IMG/VR virus record: IMGVR_UViG_3300035190_000963
Span: 1 to 61,359 of that record
Direction: 5' to 3' (one strand)
DNA: 61,359 nucleotides
Origin: a virus
Taxonomy: Duplodnaviria; Caudoviricetes
Shown: positions 55,980 through 61,359 of the stretch, one piece after another
Layout of the letters: every line of letters starts with the position of its first letter
Position numbering within the stretch: position 1 is the first letter of the stretch
Program-made: the position numbers and the translations under genes
Notes under the pieces: model-generated
Database searches by the model: none
What the model was told of the DNA's origin: nothing
The model's input: only the letters and a program-made list of their open reading frames with translations

Positions 55980-57812
55980 TTGAGATTACAAAATAAATTT
56001 GATGTAATGCAAAATATTAGGTATATTTGTTATTATTTTTTTAATATGAAATGTGATATAAAATATACCGATGAACAAATTTTAGAGTCCGCAAAAAAAT
56101 ATAACAATCAAAGAGATTGGAAAAATAATGACCTACTATTATTTCAAGCGGCAAATAACCGTAAACGTTATGATTTAAATTTTTGGAATAAATGTATTTC
56201 ACATATGAGTTACATTTTCAAACCAAATGGTTATTGGACTTATGAGAGATGTCAGGAAGTTTCAAAAAAATATGAAAATATACAGTTATTTAGAAAAGAA
56301 CAATTACAAGTTTATAATAAAATAAAAAAAATGAAGTGGGATAATCTTATCTCACATTTAAAATCAAACATTAAACCAAATGGTTATTGGACGTTTGAAA
56401 TTTGTTTAGAAGCATCAAGAAAATATTCCACAAGGGGTGAAATGTCTAAAAATGATTCAACACCATACCATATGATATTAAAAAATAAATGGGATGATGT
56501 TTGTTTTAGTCATATGAAAAGAGGTCTAACATTAAAAGAAAGACATATTTACGCATTTGAGTTTAATAATACTAAATTTGCTTATATTGGTTTAACGTGT
56601 CAAGTAGAAAGGAGAAAAAACGCTCATCTTGGAAAAGAATCAAAATATGGAAGAGTAGTCTCAAATGTTTATCATCATATGGTTCAACATAATGAAGAAC
56701 CGTTATTCAAACTATTAACAGATACTCCTGTTCATGAGGAAATTGCCACGAAATTGGAAGACGATTGGATAAAAAAATATATTTCGATGGGTTATAAGCT
56801 TTTAAATAAAACAAAGGCAGGGTCACTTGGAATGATGAAACCAAAATGGACTTATGAAATTTTTTTGGAAATAAAGAAAAATTGTACGACAATAGAAGAA
56901 TTTAAAAATAAACTAAACTCACACTCCATTAATCTAGCAAAAAGAAACAAATGGTGGGAAGAATTAACCAAAGATTTAATTGATACAGGTAAACCAATTA
57001 CAGAGTGGACATATGAAAAAGTTATTGAGGAATCTAAAAAATATAATTCAATATCCGAAATACAAAAAGAACGAAGAGGTTTATATAAAGCAATTATAAG
57101 ATTGAATCTTAAAAAAACATTATTTCCAATTAACTTACATGAAAAAAGAATTCAAAAGTTTTCAAAAGAGAATTGTACTAAAGAAGCATTAAAATATAAA
57201 ACAAGAAAAGAATTCAAGGATAACTCAAAATCCTATTATAATTACGCATCATATAAAAAATGGATGAAAGATATTTGTTCCCATATGAACATCCCCAAAC
57301 CAATAAAAAAAATAAATATAATTAACAAAGAAGATTTGTTGGAAGACGCAAAAAAATACAATTCAATAAAAGATTGGAAAAACTCATCAAGAATTTATTG
57401 GAGGAAGTCAACCAAATTGGGGAGAGAATTTATGGAGCAATGTAAATCACATATGATACCCCCAAATGAACAGAAAACCAAATGGACTAAAGATAAAATA
57501 TTGATAGAATCGAAAAAATACATACAAAGATGGGAATGGAGATTAAGTTCAAGAGGAAGTTATGACGCCGCTCTAAGATATGATAAATATTTTTATGAAG
57601 AATGTGTTAAACATATGTTGCCAAAATCAACGGTAATTAAAATAAAATGGACAAAAGAGAAAACATTACTTGAATCAAAAAAATATAATCAAGTAAGAAA
57701 ATGGTGTAAAAATTCAAAAGGAAGTTATAATGCTGCACTAAGATATGGTAAAGATTTTTATGAAGAATGTACCAATCACATGTTAAAAAGGACAAAAAAT
57801 TTGGTTAATTGA
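55980..57812 (+). CDS. GIY-YIG homing-endonuclease-like protein flanked by W-T-x-E..A.KY helical repeats (probable start 56046)
   Basis: HIYAFEF..AYIGLT..RRKNAH..E..W..LN; about nine repeats. Confidence 0.75.
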   Translation: MRLQNKFDVMQNIRYICYYFFNMKCDIKYTDEQILESAKKYNNQRDWKNNDLLLFQAANNRKRYDLNFWNKCISHMSYIFKPNGYWTYERCQEVSKKYENIQLFRKEQLQVYNKIKKMKWDNLISHLKSNIKPNGYWTFEICLEASRKYSTRGEMSKNDSTPYHMILKNKWDDVCFSHMKRGLTLKERHIYAFEFNNTKFAYIGLTCQVERRKNAHLGKESKYGRVVSNVYHHMVQHNEEPLFKLLTDTPVHEEIATKLEDDWIKKYISMGYKLLNKTKAGSLGMMKPKWTYEIFLEIKKNCTTIEEFKNKLNSHSINLAKRNKWWEELTKDLIDTGKPITEWTYEKVIEESKKYNSISEIQKERRGLYKAIIRLNLKKTLFPINLHEKRIQKFSKENCTKEALKYKTRKEFKDNSKSYYNYASYKKWMKDICSHMNIPKPIKKINIINKEDLLEDAKKYNSIKDWKNSSRIYWRKSTKLGREFMEQCKSHMIPPNEQKTKWTKDKILIESKKYIQRWEWRLSSRGSYDAALRYDKYFYEECVKHMLPKSTVIKIKWTKEKTLLESKKYNQVRKWCKNSKGSYNAALRYGKDFYEECTNHMLKRTKNLVN

Positions 57813-57853
57813 AATAAAATACATACCTTTGTTCTCAATAAAATAATAATACT

Positions 57854-58456
57854 ATGAAATATATCTTATTGTCCATTCTTTTGATTATAATTAACAATGT
57901 TAATTCGAATATTTATAATCCTCTTATAAAAAAAGAAAAATTAAAAATTGGTATTACTGTAATGGGTAATGTTGAAAAAAATGATATAAATTTAATTAGA
58001 GATAATTTGATTAAATTTTATGATTGTGAAGTGGTTTTACTTCCAAAGACAAAATTATTGACCGAAACTAAAGTTATGGGTACTGATAAATATTCTGCGA
58101 ATAAAATATTGGAAAATATGAATAAAATATTCTCCAATAAAGAATATAAAATCTTAATGATAACAAATTATAACATATGTACCGATAGAAAATTAAATGG
58201 TGTCACACATAAAAATTGGAGTATTTTTGGATTAGCGTTTTTGAATAAAAAACCTTGTGTTGTATCAACAAATAGATTGAAGGGTAGTAAAGAAAAATTA
58301 GTAAAAACATCTATTCATGAAATTGGTCACACATTAGGAATACCACATTGTGAAAACGATAGATGTATTTTAACTGACGCCAAAGGAAAAGGTAGTCGAG
58401 TTGATAACATGAAGATATGGTTGTGTGAAAATTGTACTAAAAAAATAAAATATTAA
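57854..58456 (+). CDS. Archaemetzincin-like (M54) zinc metalloprotease
   Basis: HEIGHTLGIPHC..CIL..LCENC; signal-like N-terminus. Confidence 0.75.
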   Translation: MKYILLSILLIIINNVNSNIYNPLIKKEKLKIGITVMGNVEKNDINLIRDNLIKFYDCEVVLLPKTKLLTETKVMGTDKYSANKILENMNKIFSNKEYKILMITNYNICTDRKLNGVTHKNWSIFGLAFLNKKPCVVSTNRLKGSKEKLVKTSIHEIGHTLGIPHCENDRCILTDAKGKGSRVDNMKIWLCENCTKKIKY

Positions 58457-58460
58457 AAAA

Positions 58461-59864
58461 TTACGCAACATTAGTATTAATACCTTGACCTAAATCCGTT
58501 CCTATACTTTCTATTGGTTTACAACTTTTACCATCACCCTTCAAATCCAAAAAGAATTCATCTTGTTTATTTGGTTCTACTTGAACTAAATAATTTTCTT
58601 GTCTTTCGGACATTATAAATACAAAAGCTTTACTCTTAGCGATTTCAATAACTTTAGGGTTATTTGCGAATTCAGGACTTACGTTAAAACATCCTGAACT
58701 TAAATCATATTTAGATGTTAAATTTTCAACTGCGTTTATATATTCTTTAGGTATTTTACCATATTGTTTTTCTTTTTGTAAAAATTTACGTAATTCTTCA
58801 TCAGCAGTAACCCTATTACGGGTATTAGGGGTATTTACTAGAGCATGAATGGCGGTTGGAACTTGTGTACCATCAGGAGTCTCCAAATGAAACAAATTGT
58901 CAACACCTTTTTCACCAAAATAACCCGGTTCATATCTGGTTTTACTAACTTTAAAGATACCCTCTTTTTGACTTCTAAGTTGTACATCTTTTAAAATGTC
59001 ATACTTAGGTGTTACACCTTTCGTTTTCACCGAATCAACGGCAGATGATACATCCTCACCAACACATTTCTTACCAAATTTATCATATTTTAATTTTGAC
59101 AATTTACACCATTGTTCATATGTGAATATTTCTTCAGGTTGTTTGTCAGCACCAGCAACACTAGCGCTATAATCAATCAATTTATGTTCTTTATTAAATG
59201 CTAAAACTAAATTATGTCTTGGGTCAACAATAAAAAAAGGTTTTCCATTATATTCAGGTCTTTTATTAATGTAAACTAATTCTTTATTTATTCTGTCAGA
59301 ACCTTCAATTTCTGTTGGTACAGGATAATAATCAGATTCTATCTTACTTTTAACTTCTATATCAGGATTTTTTAATTTATAATATTCTCCTAATTTCATA
59401 GTTTTACCAGATTTTAATGGTAAATCATAATTCCAAGCATTTATAATATTTGGACTGGTGTAACTTCCTTTTTTATCTAACTCAAATCTCTTTGCAACAC
59501 TAGGTAAATTTTGATTAACCCATAATCTAAAATGATTCCCCCATTCAACGGATTTAAATGGTGAAGTTAAATTTTGACTTGGTTTTGTTTTTTCAGTACT
59601 TTTAGTTTGTTTTGGTGTTGAACCTGATATTGGTTTTTTAAAAACATTTACTTTTATTGATTCTAAACCTTTACCTGTCGCCTTTACCCAATCTTGACTA
59701 TTTTTTAACTTATAAAAATAATTTTCACCTTCTTTTTTATAATCATATTTTTTATCATAATTAGTAACAACTTGTTCTGACAAATAAAGATTTTTTGCGG
59801 CAACCTCATGCAGATTCAATATTCTCTTTTTTTCTTCTTCAGATATTAAGAATAGTTTTGACAT
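58461..59864 (-). CDS. Putative virion protein with C-terminal L,D-transpeptidase (YkuD)-like domain
   Basis: FLISEEEK leader; FFIVD..AIH..SSGCFNV. Confidence 0.6.
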   Translation of the reverse strand: MSKLFLISEEEKKRILNLHEVAAKNLYLSEQVVTNYDKKYDYKKEGENYFYKLKNSQDWVKATGKGLESIKVNVFKKPISGSTPKQTKSTEKTKPSQNLTSPFKSVEWGNHFRLWVNQNLPSVAKRFELDKKGSYTSPNIINAWNYDLPLKSGKTMKLGEYYKLKNPDIEVKSKIESDYYPVPTEIEGSDRINKELVYINKRPEYNGKPFFIVDPRHNLVLAFNKEHKLIDYSASVAGADKQPEEIFTYEQWCKLSKLKYDKFGKKCVGEDVSSAVDSVKTKGVTPKYDILKDVQLRSQKEGIFKVSKTRYEPGYFGEKGVDNLFHLETPDGTQVPTAIHALVNTPNTRNRVTADEELRKFLQKEKQYGKIPKEYINAVENLTSKYDLSSGCFNVSPEFANNPKVIEIAKSKAFVFIMSERQENYLVQVEPNKQDEFFLDLKGDGKSCKPIESIGTDLGQGINTNVA

Positions 59865-59865
59865 A

Positions 59866-60099
59866 TTAACGAGTATTAGGTTGTTTGGTTATTGTATAAA
59901 TATTACCAAAAGCGTCAATAACTAATTTATTTGTGGTAAATGAAACCAATTCTACATTATCACCATCTATGTTTGATATCATCTCTTTATAAAAAGGATG
60001 ATTCATTGGATGTTCCTTAAAATTACTCTCTTCTTCATTAATCACTCGTTTAACAATTCTCATTAAATCGTTTTCTGTAAGTCTTATTGTTTTTTTCAT
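59866..60099 (-). CDS. Hypothetical protein, IRLTENDL family
   Basis: 77 aa; TATTTAT upstream. Confidence 0.65.
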   Translation of the reverse strand: MKKTIRLTENDLMRIVKRVINEEESNFKEHPMNHPFYKEMISNIDGDNVELVSFTTNKLVIDAFGNIYTITKQPNTR

Positions 60100-60149
60100 A
60101 ATATATTTTAATTATAAATACTCAGATTTTTCAAAAAAAAAACGGTGGT

Positions 60150-60428
60150 CTACACATTTTCACGATATATATTTCTGATATAGTCTTGGAAATGGTCATC
60201 AATAAATGACATTAAATCTTCACGATTTATTTCATCCCAATGCAAACCTTCTCGATTACCAAGAAATACGTTCTTATATACCAAATCTTTCACATCATCA
60301 TAAAACTCACCCTCATCATCATACAAATCAGGATTGTCAGAAAGACCATCAATTAATTTTTTAATTTGATTATATCTTCGTTTATAAATAATCGAATTGT
60401 ATTGTTCTTCAGTTATAATGTATTTCAT
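60150..60428 (-). CDS. Hypothetical protein, MKYIITEEQ family
   Basis: Start moved to the ATG after GTATTTAT. Confidence 0.7.
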   Translation of the reverse strand: MKYIITEEQYNSIIYKRRYNQIKKLIDGLSDNPDLYDDEGEFYDDVKDLVYKNVFLGNREGLHWDEINREDLMSFIDDHFQDYIRNIYRENV

Positions 60429-60483
60429 ATAACATAAATACCTTATAAAATAAAAAACCCCCACTATAATAATGGGGTGATAA

Positions 60484-60756
60484 TCAACAATCTTCTTGGG
60501 AATTAATATAATACTGCGATATATAATCTTTCTTATGTTTTTTGATATAATTAATAATCTCCTCAGATTCAACCCCCTCAAATTTTAATAAATCCAAATT
60601 AACTTCCAATTCATATATAACACCAACATAAAAATGAGCATCATTTGAAAAATCACAAGGATTCATATTGTCTAAAGTAACATTCAATAAATTATTAATG
60701 TGTTGAAGTCTTCGTCTTAATTTAATGCTTTGTTCTTCTGTAATAATATATTTCAT
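60484..60756 (-). CDS. Hypothetical protein, MKYIITEEQ family
   Basis: 90 aa; TATTTAT upstream. Confidence 0.7.
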   Translation of the reverse strand: MKYIITEEQSIKLRRRLQHINNLLNVTLDNMNPCDFSNDAHFYVGVIYELEVNLDLLKFEGVESEEIINYIKKHKKDYISQYYINSQEDC

Positions 60757-60816
60757 ATTAGATAAATATTATATAAAATAAAAAACCCCACCTATAAAAG
60801 ATGGGGGTTCATATTC

Positions 60817-61209
60817 TTAAATAACATTCATAAAACAAACCCCAAACACATTACCAAGAGTGCTGGTATTCAAACCAATCATTGGAAGAAGGTTTTTAAT
60901 CTCATTACTTACTATACTATTATGAAATCCGTCAGAAACCTTATTATGTTTCTTTTTATACTCATCATTATATGTAAAATACTTAGGTACACCAATGTCC
61001 GAATAAACCTCAATCACATAATTATAAGGTTCCCCGTGAGAACCAGCATTACAACCAACAAATGGTGTATCTGTACCTTTTCTTACTTTAACCCTAAAAT
61101 TAAAATCATAATCAATCGTGGTAGTCTTTTTAAGATAGTTACCAATTACCGAATTAACCACCTTAGTTAATAATACATTAAACTTTTCCGAACCAATATT
61201 ATTATTCAT
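60817..61209 (-). CDS. Hypothetical protein
   Basis: 130 aa; TATTTAT upstream. Confidence 0.65.
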   Translation of the reverse strand: MNNNIGSEKFNVLLTKVVNSVIGNYLKKTTTIDYDFNFRVKVRKGTDTPFVGCNAGSHGEPYNYVIEVYSDIGVPKYFTYNDEYKKKHNKVSDGFHNSIVSNEIKNLLPMIGLNTSTLGNVFGVCFMNVI

Positions 61210-61359
61210 ATTCCATAAATATCAAAATTTTCCCAGAAATTTTTTTGTATAAAATGGGGGTCATGTTTTAGAAAAATTAGTTTACAGTAAACACTCTACT
61301 GTAAACAAAATAATTAACAATCCTCTTTATTAAACTCCCAAAACTCAGTAATCCTATTG

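Noticed and set aside
1-61359. CRISPR array
   Set aside because: No regularly spaced direct repeats seen; the repeated GGTTCGA motifs are tRNA T loops
1-61359. Stop-codon reassignment, as in some megaphages
   Set aside because: Known genes (dnaK, thyA, methyltransferase) are intact in code 11, TAG and TGA are used as stops, and no suppressor tRNA was seen. The in-frame TAG near 47580 is in a truncated fragment.

Overview
AT-rich, gene-dense segment of a very large (jumbo/mega) tailed phage. The host is most likely a Bacteroidota bacterium, because many genes are preceded by TTTG-N~20-TAnnTTTG promoters. The left ~9.5 kb holds 24 canonical tRNA genes on the minus strand, mixed with tRNA-like and other structured non-coding RNAs. 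The rest encodes a glycosyltransferase cluster, auxiliary metabolic and chaperone genes (GMP reductase/IMPDH-like, acyl-CoA thioesterase, thyA, speD-like, dnaK, FKBP), a two-component system divergent from a GH19 endolysin, a DUF262-nuclease-Dam triad, homing endonucleases and an IS200/IS605 relic. It also has a large set of TATTTAT-preceded genes whose products share short N-terminal (I/L)-x-E motifs. The main finding is that each of the two tRNA arrays starts with an unannotated leader-peptide attenuator (leader ORF, antiterminator, intrinsic terminator, then boxA), and the leader codons mirror the tRNAs downstream. In the 7792-7890 leader the first 24 codons use exactly the 14 amino acids served by its array. 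This suggests a ribosome-based sensor of tRNA depletion that switches on backup phage tRNAs. All calls are by eye from sequence and motifs; no database searches or folding programs were run.
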